From Mobula birostris (lineage: Eukaryota), in the NCBI RefSeq assembly GCF_030028105.1, contig NC_092371.1, forward strand, positions 23,116,439 through 23,180,438: a DNA stretch of 64,000 nt, in the 5' to 3' direction. Shown here in pieces: positions 36,750 to 50,279 of the stretch; within the stretch, counting starts at the first letter, position 1; every line of letters begins with the position of its first letter. A program made the translations under genes and the position numbers. A model generated the notes under the pieces. The model searched no databases. It was not told where the DNA came from and saw only the letters and a program-made list of their open reading frames with translations.

Positions 36750-37450
36750 GGTGAAATCGGGAGGCAGTCACCCCCATTTCCCTGTTGAACCGCCCGCCGG
36801 AACTCGTTCCCGGACGGTTCCAGCCGCCTGCCCCGCTTGGTGAGAGCGTGCAAACACCTCCCGTCCCCCAAGATCTCCCTAAACCCTGTAAAAGGCTATG
36901 CAACAATTAATACTGTGCCTGCAACGGAGTTTACGACAGGTCATAGAACTAGCTGTCAGCTTCAAGGTTCCTCGGTTCCACGCCGGCCCTTGTGTATCTA
37001 GACGCTTATCAAAAAAAAAGTATAAGGCTTTGAGTTAATAAAATCAAAGGTCTCAGTAGAACTGACAAAAAAATACTAGAGAGACGCCCCGCGTATATTT
37101 TTGGCGGAGCAGCTAATGCGTCTTGGAGAACAAACTTTTCAAAGGATATGAAGGGCGATTTTCATTGCGGAGCCCGTACACTTCCCAGCCGTGACTCCAT
37201 CTGCGGGTCAACGTGTGTCGGTACAGAGCATGCATGACCGTGATAGATTAACGTTGCACTTGCGTCGCTCACAGAGCACGACCATGATCGCGCAAGGATG
37301 GCGCAGTAGTGCAGGGTAACGTAACGGGAGACAGATGACACGTATTGTTCTTAATAAAAACTGTTCTACATAATTCACAAATATCATCATTGAGTTGCTG
37401 TGCTCACTTCAAGAGACGGCGGCTGACGTAATGACGTCCGTGTAGGGCGA
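36750..37450 (-). promoter_or_regulatory. CpG-rich island; candidate promoter and non-coding exon 1 of NUDT19 copy A
   Basis: High CpG density in non-repeat sequence; tandem CRE-like tgacgtaatgacgt at 37424-37437; minus-strand donor cttgaa|gtgagc at 37408/37407; ETS-like ccggaa and E2F-like tttggcgg. The link to NUDT19 is inference. Confidence 0.5.
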
Positions 37451-37854
37451 CTCCCCCTCCCGGCTTCACCTGTCACCTTGTGTTTCTCCCTCCCCTCCCG
37501 TCTTTTAAATCTACTCATCCCTTTCCTTGGCCGGTCCTGCTGGAGGGTCTTAGCCCGAAATGGTCGACTGTACTCTTTTCCATAGATGCTGTCTGGCCTG
37601 CCGCGTTTCTCCAGCACTTTGTGCGCGTTGCTTGGATTTCCAGCACCTGCAGCTTTTCACTTGTTCGTATTGGAAGTAAACGGCTGCGGCTTTTGTTAAG
37701 CACGTAAAGGGCATGTTTTATTCACAAGATCAGTAGTGTGAAGTCTACTGCATTTTAATTGCCCTGGTTTATGATTACGGGATTACTTTGAAAGTGCCCA
37801 AAAGCAAAATCAGAGAGAGGTAGAACATGGCAACAGAGCCTTCCTTCTAAACCG

Positions 37855-38808
37855 ACTATCAACCACCCATTCAAATTACTCCGACAGCTGAATGAAGGCA
37901 AGTCTGAAGTTGTCTTATTTGGCCCCCCTGACTCCAAAGTGATTACCAACAGCCTCGGTAACCTGTCCACCCTTGTCAAACCCCATGTCAAAAAACTTAG
38001 TGTGATATTTGATTCCGCCTTTAAGTTTGACAAGCAAGTTAATGCAGTAGTAAAAGCCTGTTCTCCCCCCCCCCCCGCTTCGTACGACTGCCAAAATCAA
38101 GTCGTTTCTCTCTTTCAAAGATCTCGAGAAAGTCATCCACGCCCTTAGATCCTCCGGTTTGGACTAGTCCAACTCCCTGTATACTGGGATTAGTCAGTCG
38201 TCCCTGTCCCGCCTGCAACTGGTCCAGAACGCCGCAGCCAGACTCCTGACTGTAACCCGGAAGAGGGACCATATTACTTCTATACTGGCCTCTCTCCACG
38301 GGCTACCAGTACGGTTTAGAATTGATCTTAAGGTCCTCCTGTTTGTTTTTAAAGCCCTAAATGGGCTGGCCCCCTCCTATATCGCAGACCTTCTCACCCT
38401 TTATTCTACTTCCAGGTCCCTCAGGTCGGCTGACTTGGGGCTCCTGGCTGTCCCACGATCGAAATTTAAGTTCAGGGGTGACTGCGCCTTTGCTGTTGTA
38501 GCCCCTAGTCTGTGGAACAGCATTCCCCTCCCTATCAGATCTGCCCCCTCCATCGACCCTTTTAAGTCCAGGCCCAAAAGTTACCTTTATTCACTAGCGT
38601 TTGAATCTTCCTGATGTGCCTGATTTTTGGCTTGTGCCTAGGCTCATGTGTTGTTTATTTTGTGCCTATAAGTTGTGTGCCTTGTTGTTTATATCTGTGT
38701 TTCTTGTATTTGTGATTTTAGCTACCTGTTATGGTTTGTACAGCACTTTGGTCAACATGTGTTGTTTTTAAATGTGCTTTATAAATAAATTTGACTCGAC
38801 TTGACTTA
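37855..38808 (+). mobile_element. L2-clade LINE 3' fragment
   Basis: Reads QLNEGKSEVVLFG...LQLVQNAAARLLT..RKRDHITSILASLHGLPVRFRIDLKVLLFVFKALNGLAP...AFAVVAPSLWNSIP; tail aataaatttgactcgacttgactt. Confidence 0.9.
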
Positions 38809-38829
38809 ATCTTACTTTTTATTTTCCCC

Positions 38830-39040
38830 ATATTCTCATCAAAACCTGAAGACTCCACTACACTAGAGGCAATTTGTGATGGCCAATTCTTCTACACAAT
38901 CTTTGGGATGAGGGAGGAGACTGGAACGTAAAATCTACACTATGACAGGAAGAACGTACAAACTCCACCTGCAATCAGATAGAATTTAGGTGTCTGGTGA
39001 TGTGGGACAGTGGCTCTACCAGCTACACCACTGTGCTGCC
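38830..39040 (-). mobile_element. Degenerate HE1-type V-SINE
   Basis: Reverse-complement V-domain (cactagaggcaattt...tctttgggatg...aacgtacaaactccac) and head gggcagcacagtggtgtagctggtagagc. Confidence 0.65.
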
Positions 39041-39160
39041 CTCAAGAGGATGAAAGTTTTCAACCTTCAGATTTCATTCTTGTCAGTCGACACCATATAT
39101 AAATTAAATTTATAAACTTACATCAATAATGGATAAAAACTTAGTAAAATGTTTCACTTT

Positions 39161-39762
39161 TGTAACACCCTGGGAAAGGTTTCACTGCTAATGTAATGGT
39201 CTTTCTGTAGAAGCACTGCTAATGTAATGGTTTTTCTGTAGCTGCAGTGTTTGGGTTATGGTTAGAGATAATGGGGGCTTTGGAACGTGCGCCGTCCAGT
39301 GAAGGGAGCATTTGTTCTTGAGTGCCTGAGACCGAGGTGATCTGGGTCTTTTGTTCGGCGAGAGATGAAGAGAGAAGACCCAGAAAGGAGAGGTCGTAGA
39401 CGGCAGGATGGAGTGGACTTGGAGTGGGGCCAGGAGTCAACGAAGCACAGGAAAATCGATGGAGGACCAACGGAAGGGCAACCGTGAGCTCCAACATGCA
39501 CATTAGACTTTTTCATTAAAATGGGCCCTTTTCTTTTTGTTTTCTTTACTAATCCTATAGTAAAATTAAGAATTATAAAGATAAATTGTTTAACTGCATA
39601 TGGTATGTTGTCTGCTATTTTGTGGTATTGATTTGTAACGGGGCAACTGATCACACAGCATCCACACAAACAAGAGGTTTTGCACATCAGATTTCACACG
39701 TTTGGCTGGGCCAGAGACGGTCTTCCCTAGACTAACACCGTCGGCACAACCTGAGGGTTACA
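39161..39762 (+). mobile_element. Solo LTR (Gypsy type, related to the LTRs at 55614 and 59101)
   Basis: tgtaac...gttaca termini; 4-bp TSD cttt on both sides; shares tgtaac.ccctgg, gtttgggtt...agataa and atgggcccttt motifs with the Gypsy LTRs. Confidence 0.85.
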
Positions 39763-40394
39763 CTTTGATTTGGAAAATCATATTCCAAGAAGCACAGAAT
39801 AGCCTATCGATTGGTTAAATTGATGGATTTGGAAGGAGAGTCTCAAGTTAGGTGAGGAAGGTGGAACAGTAGATGATTTTTGGGGATGAATGCCAAATCA
39901 TTAGGGCAAATGACGGTATCAACTTTTGACAGTATAAACTTACACAGTTTGCTTCAGCATCCACAGTGGAAGAGGTCAATTCTGATCATAATCCAATAAT
40001 CCCTGCTAGTAATTTGAGAAATGGGGCATCACAACAGGGACCTATTGCTGTTTATCCTCGTCCTTGTAAAAAAAAAGGCTATTTAGATTTGTTTTAAGCA
40101 CACAAAGCAGAAGTGGGAGGGAACGCAGAAAATTAGTGGGAGAGTGTTAAATAGCAGACAAAAAGTGAGTCTGCGTTTACTTAATGCAAAGAGTAAAGTG
40201 AAAAGGACAGCTGAGCAGAAGGTAGAGATATAAACATGCAAATATTATATTTTTGATACACTGATATTACTGAATATGCGTTGAAAGGAAGGACTGGAAG
40301 ATTTAGCTTCCTTGCTTCAAGGTTTTCAGGTAACTAAGGGAGGGAATATGATGAACTCTTGACCCTGCAACCTACCTCTTCGTGGTCTTGCACC

Positions 40395-41326
40395 CGTCTT
40401 GTCTCCCTTTCTCTTCACCATTTACACCTCGGACTTCAACTACTGCACAGAGTCTTGTCATCTTCAGAAGTTTTCGGATGACTGTGCCATACTTGGATGC
40501 ATCAGCAAGGGAGATGAGGTCGAGTACAGGGCTACGGTAAGAAACTTCGTCACATGGTGTGAGCAGAATTATCTGCAGCTTAATGTGAAAAAGACTAAGG
40601 AGCTGGTGGTAGACCTGAGGAGAGCTAAGGTACCGGTGACCCCTGTTTCCATCCAGGGGGTCAGTGTGGACATGGTGGAGGATTACAAATACCTGGGGAT
40701 ACGTATTGACAATAAACTGGACTGGTCAAAGAACACTGAGGCTGTCTACAAGAAGGGTCAGAGCCGTCTCTATTTTCTGAGGAGACTGAGGTCCTTTAAC
40801 ATCTGCCGGACGATGCTGAGGATGTTCTATGAGTCTGCGGTGGCCAGTGCTATCATGTTTGCTGTTGTGTGCTGGGGCAGCAGGCTGAGGGTAGCAGACA
40901 CCAACAGAATCGACAGACTTATTCGAAAGGCCAGTGACATTGTGGGGATGGAACTGGACTCTCTCACGGCAGTGTCTGAAAAGAGGATGCTGTCTAACTT
41001 GCATGCCATCTTGGTCAATGTCTCCCATCCACTACATAATGTACTGGGTGGGCACAGGAGTACATTCAGCCAGAGACTCATTCCTCCAAGATGCAGCACA
41101 GAGCGTCATAGGAAGTCATTCCTGCCTGTGGCCATTAAACTTACAACTCCTCCCTTGGAAGGTCAGACACCTTGAGCCAATAGGCAGGTCCTCGACTTAT
41201 TTCATAATTTCCTGGCATAATTTACATATTACTATTTAACTATTTATGGTTCTATTACTATTTATTATTTATGGTGCAACTGTAACGAAATCCTCTGGGA
41301 TCAATAAAGTATGACCATGACTATGA
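40395..41326 (+). mobile_element. Rex1/Babar LINE, 5'-truncated
   Basis: ORF 40399-41175 (LSPFLFTIYT, QKFSDD, YKYLG, QSRLYFLRRL); (tatgac)n tail. Confidence 0.92.
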
Positions 41327-41369
41327 CGTCTGCCTCACTGCACTTCCTCTAACTGTAATACTATATACT

Positions 41370-42305
41370 GCAAACAAGAGAAAATCTGCAGATGGTGGAA
41401 ATCCAAGCAACACACACAAGATGCTGGAGGAACTCAGCAGGCCAGGCAGCATCTGTGGAAAAAAGTACAGTCGCCGTTTCGGGCCGAATCCCTTCGGCAG
41501 GACTGGAGAAAAAATGTTGAGGAGTAGGTTTGAAAGGTGGGGGGAGGGGAGGGGAGCGAGAGACACCAGGTGACAGGTGAAACCTGGAGGGGGAGGGATG
41601 AAGAAAAGAGTTGGGAAGCTGATTGGTGAGATGAGATGAGATGAAAGAGGGAAAAGGGGATGGGAAATGGAGAAGTGGGGTGGTGAAAGGTTGGGGGGGG
41701 GGATTACCAAAGTTTGAGAAATCGATGTTCGTGCAAAACAGAATATAAGATGTTGTTCCTCCAGCCTAAGTGTGGCCTCATCACGACAGTGGAGGAGGAC
41801 ATGGATGGACATATCAGAATGAGAATGGGAAGTGGAATTAAAATGGGTGGCCACAAGGAGATCCCACTTGTTCTGGCGGGCAGAGCATAGGTGCTTGGCG
41901 AAGCGGTCTCCCAATCTACGTCGGGTCTCACATATATAGAGGAGGCCACACCGGGAGCACTGAACACAGCAAATGACCCCAAGAGACTCACAGGTGAAGT
42001 GTTGCCTCACCTGGAAGGGCTGTTTGGGGCACTGAATGGTAGTGAGGGAGGAGGTGTAGTGGCAGGTGTAGCACTTGTTCCGCTTGCAAGGATAAGTGCC
42101 AGGAGGGAGCTCATTGGGGAGGGACAAATGGTCAAGGGAGTCGCACAAGGAGTGATCCCTGTGGAATGCAGAAAGTGGGGGGGGAGGGAAAGATGTGCTT
42201 GGTGGTGAGATCCTGTTAGAGGTGGTGGAAATTTCGGAGAATTTTATGCTGGACACGGAGCCTGGTAGGATGGTAGGTGAGGACAAGAGGAACCCTATCC
42301 CAGGC
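41370..42305 (-). mobile_element. Penelope-like element (Neptune type) 3' part: Cys-rich linker, GIY-YIG endonuclease, pLTR
   Basis: ORF 41321-42322: GTYPCKRNKCYTC (Cys linker), FTCESLGVICCVQCSRCGLLYICETRRRLGDRFAKH...VATHFN...RLEEQHLIF; pLTR with hammerhead-like motif at about 41469-41504. Confidence 0.9.
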
Positions 42306-42489
42306 AGGATTATATACTGCATTCTGTTATTGTTGTTCCCTTGTACTATCTTGATGTACTAATGCAATGAAATGATACATTTGGATGGCATGCAAAGCAA
42401 AGTTTTTACTGCAGCTCAGTACATGTTACAATAATAAACCAGTTTACCAATTGGTGAATAAGTACAAAATGGAACAGGACAATGCAATA

Positions 42490-42692
42490 CAGGCCCAGGA
42501 GATCCGAAATGATAGGAGAAAGCAGGAGGGGGAGGAATGAAGCTCCCCCCGCTTCCCCTCCCACTTTCAAATCTCTTACTATCTCTTCTTTCAGTTAGTC
42601 CTGACGAACGGTCTCGGCCTGAAACGTTGACTGTACTTCTTCCTATTAATGCTGCCTGGCCTGCTGCGTTCCACCAGCATTTTGTGTGTGTC
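42490..42692 (+). mobile_element. pLTR insertion with inverted 5' piece and near-intact hammerhead (42597-42632)
   Basis: agtc-ctgacga-a-cggtctcggcct-gaaac-gtt-gact; 42495-42540 is inverted Penelope 3' UTR sequence. Confidence 0.75.
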
Positions 42693-42694
42693 AC

Positions 42695-43515
42695 GTGTAA
42701 TATCACTGGCCTATGTCATGAAATTTGTTGCTTTGCAGCAGCGGTACAGTGCAATACATAATAATAAAAAATTATATATTACTATTAGAAGTATATATTA
42801 AAAATTAAACTCAATAGATAGTGCAAAAAGAGAGGGGAAAACACTGAGGTAGTGTTCACGGGTTCATTGTACATTCAGACATCTGGTGGCAGAGAGGGAG
42901 AAACTGTTCTTGAAATGTTGAGTGTGCCTTCAGAATCCTATACCTCCCCCTTGATGGCAGCAATGAGAAGAGGGCATGTCCTGGGTGATGGGAGTCCTAA
43001 AATTGGATGTCAGCTTTTTGAGGGTGTCCTTGATGCTGGGGAGGCTAGTGCCCGTGATGGAGCTGGCTGAGTTTACAACTTTCTGCAGCTTTTTCTGATC
43101 CTGTGCAGTGGCCGCTCCATGCCGGGGGAGGGGGGTGAGGCAACCAATTGTAATGCTCGCCAAGGTAAATCTGTAGAAATTTTCAAGTCTCTTTGGTGAC
43201 ATACTGAGTCTCCTCAAAGTCCTAACAAAATTTAGCTGCTGTCATGCTTTCTTTGTAATTGCATCAATATGTTGGGCTCAGGATAGATCTTCAGAGATGT
43301 TTTCACTCAGAAACTTGAAACTGCTCACCCTTTCTACTGCTAATCCCTCGATGAGAACTGGTGTGTGTTCCTTCAACTCCCCCTTCCTGAAGTCCACAAT
43401 CAATTCCTTGATTTTGTGTGCAAGGTTGTTGGTGCAACACAACTCAACCAGCTGTCTCGCTCCTGTACACCACCTCTACGCTATCTGAAATTCTGCCAGC
43501 AGTTGTGTGTCATCA
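42695..43515 (-). mobile_element. Rex1/Babar LINE 3' fragment
   Basis: ORF 42930-43217 (LENFYRFT...AQDQKKLQKVVNSASSITGTSLP). Confidence 0.75.
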
Positions 43516-43659
43516 GTAGACTGAGCAATAGCCACTGAAGATGCTCAACATTCTCTTTTTAACCACCCTATTGACTTGCGCAAAAACTTTGAGGGATCTG
43601 TGGGCTTGGACCTCAAGATCCTTCTGTTCCACCACACTGCAAAAAATTCTACCATTATA

Positions 43660-46600
43660 TAAGAATATAAGGTGTAGGAGCAGAATTCGGCCATTTGTCC
43701 CATCGAGCCAGGTCTGCCATTTCATCATGGCTGATCCAATATTTCTGTCAGCCCCAATCTTCTGCCTTCTCCCCGTATCCCTTCATGCCCTGACCAATCA
43801 AGAATTTATCAGCTTCTGCCCTAAATATACATAGATTTGGCCTCAATGGCCACCTGTGACAAAGAATGCTCTCAGATTCACCACTCTGTGGTTAAAGAAA
43901 TTCTTCCTCATCTCCATTTTAAAAGGACACCCCTCTATTCTGAGGCTGGGTCCTCTAGTTTTAGACTCTCCCACCACAGGGAACATCCTCTCCACATCCA
44001 CTCTATCAAGGCCTTTCACCATTTGATAGGAGTCAATTAGGTCATTCTTCTGAATTGCAGCAAACACAGGCCCAAACCATCAAACACTCTTCATATGATA
44101 AGCCATTCAATCCTGGAGTCATTTTCATAAACGTCCCTTGAACCCTCTCCAGATTCAGTACATTCTTTCTCAGATAAGGGTCCCAAACCTGTTCACAAAA
44201 CTTCAAGTGAGGCCTTACCATGCTTTATAAAGTCTCAACATTACATTCTTGCTTTTACATTATAGTCCTCTTGAATGCTAACATTGCAGTTGTATTCCTC
44301 ACCACAGACTCAACGTGCAAATTATCCTTTAGGGAATTCTGCACAGGGACTCCCAAGTCCCTTTGCACCTCAGTTTTTTTTGTATTTTCTCTCCATTTAG
44401 AAAATAGTCAACCCTTTTATTTCTTCTACCAAAGTGCATGCCCATACACTTCCCATCACTATCCGTCTACCACTTCTTTGCCCATTCGCTGAATCTGTCT
44501 AAGTCCTTTTGTAGCCTCTCTACTTCCTCAAAACTACCTGCTCTCCATGTATCTTCATATTGTCTGCAAACTTTGCAACAAAACCATTAGTTCCACCATC
44601 CAAATCATTGACATATAACTTAATAGAGATCAATGCCAACCCAACCCCTTGTGGAACACCACTAGTCATTGGGCACCAGCCAGAAAAAGCTCCTTTTATT
44701 CCCACTCTTTGCCTTCTGCCAATCAGCCACTGCCTTATCAATGCTAGAATCTTTCCTGTAATACCATTGGTTCATAGCGTGTTAAGCAGCCGCATGTGAG
44801 GCACCTCGTCAAAGGCCTTCTGAAAGTCCAAGTACACAAAATCAACCAATTTTCCATTGTCTATCCTGCTTGTTATTTCTTCAAAGAATTCCAAAAGGTT
44901 TGTCAGGCAAGATTTTCCCTTAAGGTAACCATGCCTCTTTTATCATGTGCCTCCAAGAATCCTGAGACCTCATCCTTAATAATCGACTCCAACTTCTTTC
45001 CAACCACTGAGGTCAGACTAACTGACCTACAGTTTTCCTTCTTCTGTCTCTCTCCCTTCTTGAAGAGTGGAGTGACATTTCCAATTTTCCAGTCTCCTAG
45101 ACCATTCCAGAATCTAGAGATTTTTCAAATTTCATCACTAATGCCTCCCCAATCTCTTCTGCCACCTCTTTCAGAGGTGTACACCATCTGGTCCAGGTGA
45201 CTTATCTACCTTCAGACCTCTCAGTTTCCCAAGAATCTTCACTTTAGTTATGGTAACTTCACATACTTCACCTGGAACTTCCACAATACTGTAGAGTCTT
45301 CCACCGTGAAGCCAAAATACTTTTTCCATTCGTCCACCATTTTGTTGTGCCCCATTCGTACCACTCCAGCGTTGTTTTCCAGTAGTCCAATAACCATGCT
45401 CGCCTCTATATGACACTTTTATGCACCTGAAGAAACTTTTGGTATCCTCTTTAATATTATTGGCTAGCTTACTTTTGTATTCCATCTTTACCTTCTTAAT
45501 GATTTTTTTAGTTGCCTTCTGTTGGTTTTTAAAAGTTTCCCAATCCTCTAACTTGCCACTAATTTTGCTCTATTATATGCCCTCTCTTTGCCTTTTATGT
45601 TGGGTTTGACTTCCCTTCTTAGCCATGGTTGTATTATCTTTCTTTTAGAATAATTCTTTCTCTTTGCGATGTACATATCCTGTGCCTTCCGAATTGCTTC
45701 CAGAAATTCCAGCATTGCTGCTCTAATGTCATCCCTGCCAGTGACTTTTTTCCAATCAATTCTGGCCAACTCCTCTCTCATGCCTCTGTAATTCCCTCGA
45801 CTCCACTGTAATACTGATACATCTGACTTTAGCTTCTCTTTCTCATATTTCAGGGTGAATCCAACCATATTATAATCACTTTCCTGAAGGGTTTTAAAAA
45901 AAATATTTTCAGCCTTCTAATCAATTCTGGTTCATTGCACAGCACCCAATCTAGTATAATTGATCCTTTAGTGGACTCAACCACAAGCTGCTCCAAAAAG
46001 ACATCTCATAGGCACTCCAGAAATTCCCCCTCCTGGAATCCAACAACAACCTGATTTTCCCAATCTTCCTGCATATTGAAATCCCCCATGACTAATCGTA
46101 ACATTGGCCTTTTGGCATGCATTTTCTATCTCTGGTTGTAATTTGTTAGCCACTTCCTTACTTTTGTTTGGGGATCTGTATACAATTCCCATCAAGGTCT
46201 TTTTACCCTTGCTGTTCCTTAGCTCTATCCACAATGATTCAACATCTTTCGCCTCTATGTCAGCTCCTTCTAATGATTTGATTTCATTTTTAACCAATGG
46301 AGCAATGCCGCCCCTCTGCCCTCCTGCCTGTCTTTTTGATTCAATGTGTATCCTTGAACATTAAGCTGCCACCAGCTGTAATCTTCTTTCAGCCACGATT
46401 CAGTGATGTCTACAACATCATGCCTGCAATCTGCAACTGTGCTGCAAGTTTATCTACCTTATTCTGTATATAGTGCCCATTCAAATACAACATCTCCGGT
46501 CCTGTATTTACCCTTTTCAATTTTATCCACCTTTTACATTACAACTCATCCTGTTGACTGCAATTTTGCCCTGTCAACTGCCTCTCCTCACTACACATTA

Positions 46601-49600
46601 CCTCTGTTTGTAAACCAGCTGCCTCATCTTCAGCATTATTATCTGCCTTTCCCACAATACTTCTTGCATTGAAATATAGGCAGCTCAGGACTCCAGCTGC
46701 ACCATGCTTAATCTTTTGATTCCTAACTTTGTCTGAGGTCTTACCAACATCTGCCTCCACAACCTCTCCACTAACTGTTCTGGCACTCTGGTTCCCATAC
46801 CCCTGCAATACTAGTTTAAACCCCACCATGCAGCATTAACAGACCTTTCCCCTAGGATATTAGACCCACCCCCCTCCCCCCCAGTTCAGGTGAAAACCTA
46901 CCTTTCTGTACAGGTCTCATCTACATAGGAAGAGTGCTCAATGATCCAAAAATCTTATGCCCTCCCTCCCACACCAACTCCTTAGCCACATATTAAACTG
47001 TATAATCTTCCTAGTTCTGGCCTCACTAGCATGTGACACAGGTAGCAATCCTGAGATCACAACCCTGGAGATTATGCCCTTTAACTTAGCACCTAACCAT
47101 CAGGCCGTACTCTTCCTCCCGGCTTACAAACAGAAATTGAAGCGGGAGGTCACGGTGTCAAAAGTAGTGTCGCATTGGACGGAGGAAACGGATGAAGTCC
47201 TCCGTGACTGCTTTGAATCGGTGGACTGGTTAGTATTCAAGGACTCGGCAGCTAACCTCGATGAGTATGCCTCAGCTGTCACGGACTTTATTTGGAAATG
47301 CACGGAGGACTGTGTGTATCACAAGATGATCCGGGTATTCCCTAACCGGAAACCTTGGATGAATTATGAGGTCAAGTCCCTTTTGAAGGCTAGAGCTGCA
47401 GCTTTTAGGTCTGGGGATACCAGTCGCTACACAGAATCCAGGTGTGAACTCCAGAAAGCCATTAAGGGCTCCAAGAGGCAATATCGAGCCAAGTTGGAAG
47501 CCCAGGCTAACCAGAGGGATGCCAGTAGACTATGGCAGGGTCTAAATGAGACCACTGGGCACAAAGAAAAGGCTGGGAGTATCAACAACTGTGGCGCTTC
47601 TCTTCCTGATGAACTTAACGTATTCTACGCAAGATTCGAACAGAAGAGGAGTGTCCTGCTCCCTCCGGATGAACCGGACCTGGTGGCATCGAGATTCATC
47701 GTCACTGTGGAGGACGTCAGAAGGGCCTTCCTGAAGATAAATCCAAGAAAGGCGACGGGCCCAGATGGCGTCCCAGGACAGGTTCTCCGGGCCTGTGCAA
47801 GCGAGCTAGCTGGAGTGTTTGCTGACATCTTCAACTGCTCCTTGCTTCAGTCTAAGATCCCCTCGTGTTTTAAGAAGGCAATGATAATCCCAGTGCCAAA
47901 GAAGAGCAAGGTGGCATGCCTGAATGACTATCGACCTGTGGCTCCGACATCAATTGCTATGATGTGCTTCGAGCGATTGGTTATGGCACACGTCAACCAC
48001 AGCCTACCAGTCAACCTCGACGCTTTGCAATTCGCCTACTGGAGCAACAGGTCAACAGCAGATGCCATCTCACCAGCCCTACATTCCTCCTTAGAACACC
48101 TGGAGAATAAAGACACATGTGTAAGGCTCCTTTTCATTGACTACAGCTCTGCCTTTAATACCATCATTCCAAATAAACGATTCCCAAGCTCCAGAACCTG
48201 GGCCTTAGCACTCAGATCTGCAGCTGCATCTTCAACTTCCTCACAGATAGGACCCAGGCTGTAAAAATAGGGGACAAGCTCTCCTCTACAATCACTCTGA
48301 GCACCAGTGCCCCACAAGGTTGTGTACTCAGCCCCCTGCTGTACTCACTGTACACCCATGATTGTGTAGCCAAACTTCCATCAAACTCAATATATAATTT
48401 TGCTGATGACACAACAATTGTAGGCCGTATCTCGGGTAATGATACCCGAGATACGGTCTTTGAGTACAGAGAGGAAACTAAGAACCTGGTGGCATGGTGC
48501 AAAGACACTAACCAATCCCTCAACGTCAGCAAGACGAAGGGATTGGTTGTTGACTTCAGAAGGAGTAGCGGACCACACGACCCAATTTACATCGGTCGTG
48601 CGCAAGTGGAACAGGTCAAAAGCTTTAAATTCCTCGGGGTCAATATCACAAATGACCTGACTTGGTCCAACCAAGCAGAGTTCACTGCCAAGAAGGCCCA
48701 CCAGCGCCTTTACTTCCTGAGAAAACTGAAGAAATTTGGCCTGTCCCCTAAAACTCTCACTAATTTTTATAGATGCTCCGTAGAAAGCATTGTTCTAGGG
48801 TGCATCGCAACCTGATATGGAAGTTGTCCTGTCCAAGACCGAAGGAAGCTGCAGAAGATTGTGAACATGCACAGCACATCACACAAACCGATCTTCCGTC
48901 CGTGGACTCACTTTACACCACGCGCTGTCGGAGCAGTGCTGCTAGGATAATCAAGGACACGACCCACCCAGCCAACAGACCTTTTGTCCCTCTTCCCTCC
49001 AGGAGAAGGTTCAGGAGCTTGAAGACTCATATGGCCAGATTTGGGAACAGCTTCTTTCCAACTGTGATAAGACTGCTGAATGCATCCTGACCCGGATCTG
49101 GGCTGTACCCTCCAAATATCCGGACCTGCCTCTCGGTTTTTTTTTACACTACCTTACTTCCCATTTTTCTATTTTCTATTTATGATTTATAATTTAATTT
49201 TTTAATATTTACTAATTTTAACTATTTTTAATATTTAATATTTGTAATCCAGGGAGTGTGAAGTGCAGAATCAAATATCGCTGTGATGATTGTACGTTCT
49301 AGAACCAATTGTTTGGCGACAATAAAGTATAAAGTATATAACTCCCTGAGCTCCTTCTGCAGAACCTCGTCACTTGTCCTACCCATGTCATTGGTACCTA
49401 CATGAACTATGACTTCTAGCTGTTCACCCTCCTACTTAAGAATGCTGAGAACTCAATCTGAGATATTCTGGACCCTGACACCCTAGGGGCAGCATACCAT
49501 CCGGGAATCTTGTTCTCGCTCACAGAGCCCTCCCCTAACTAATAAATCTCCTATCAACACAGTGTGCCTCTTCTCCCCTCTTCTCTTCTGAGTAACAAAG

Positions 49601-50150
49601 GCAGACTCAGTGCCAGAGACTCACTCACTATGATTTTCCTCCATTAGATCATTCCACCCCCCTCAACAGTATCCAATGTGATATACCTGTTGTTGAGGGG
49701 GATGGCCACAGGGGTACTCTGCACCGGCTTCTTAACCCCTTTCCCCTTCCTGACTGTCACCCAGTTTCCTCTGTCCTGCACCTTGGATGTAGCTACTTCT
49801 CTATATGTCCTATCTATCACCTCCTCAGCCCCCTGAATGATCTGGTGTTCATCTAGTTCCAGCTCCAAATCCTTAACGTGGTTTGTTAGAAGCTGCAGCT
49901 GGATGCACTTCTCACAGTTGCATTCATCAGGGACACTGCAGGTCTCCCTGCCTTCCCACATCCCACAAGTGGAGCATTTCACTATCTTGTCTGTGATCCC
50001 TACTGTCCTAGCTGAGCAGATGTAAAGAAGAGCAGGAAAAAATTAACTTTTCTTTCCTTTGCTTTCTCTGAGTGAAGACTCTCTTCGCTGAAGCCTTGAA
50101 GAGCTAAAGCCTTAAGATCACCACTCTGACTACATCCACTCAGACAACAG
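43660..50150 (-). mobile_element. Near full-length degenerate CR1/HER1 LINE (ORF1 zinc-finger/coiled-coil and esterase-like remnants, APE, RT, 3' UTR), split by Rex1
   Basis: ORF1 N-terminus 49644-49982 (CSTCGMWE...CEKCIQLQLL...LELELDE); APE start LSCLYFNARSIVGK (about 46680); ESLWIELRN...GIVYRSPN; KSPGPDG; KFADNMK; 3' UTR at 43660-43800. Confidence 0.85.
47097..49340 (+). mobile_element. Rex1/Babar LINE (APE C-terminus plus RT) inserted in CR1 ORF1
   Basis: ORF 46957-48264 ([33 protein letters not shown]), then GCVLSP, FADDT and FKFLGV; (aaagtat)n tail. The host CR1 is contiguous across it (gcacctaac|...|actccctg). Confidence 0.92.
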
Positions 50151-50279
50151 CCACTGGGTTTGCCCCGTCTTCCTTTAATTTACTCTTACACATCAATCCC
50201 AAACACCAATAGGTCACTAGTCAAAGCTCTATTACACTGCCACAACCCACTCCTGCCTTTTATCCTCGGTCAGTTTGAA

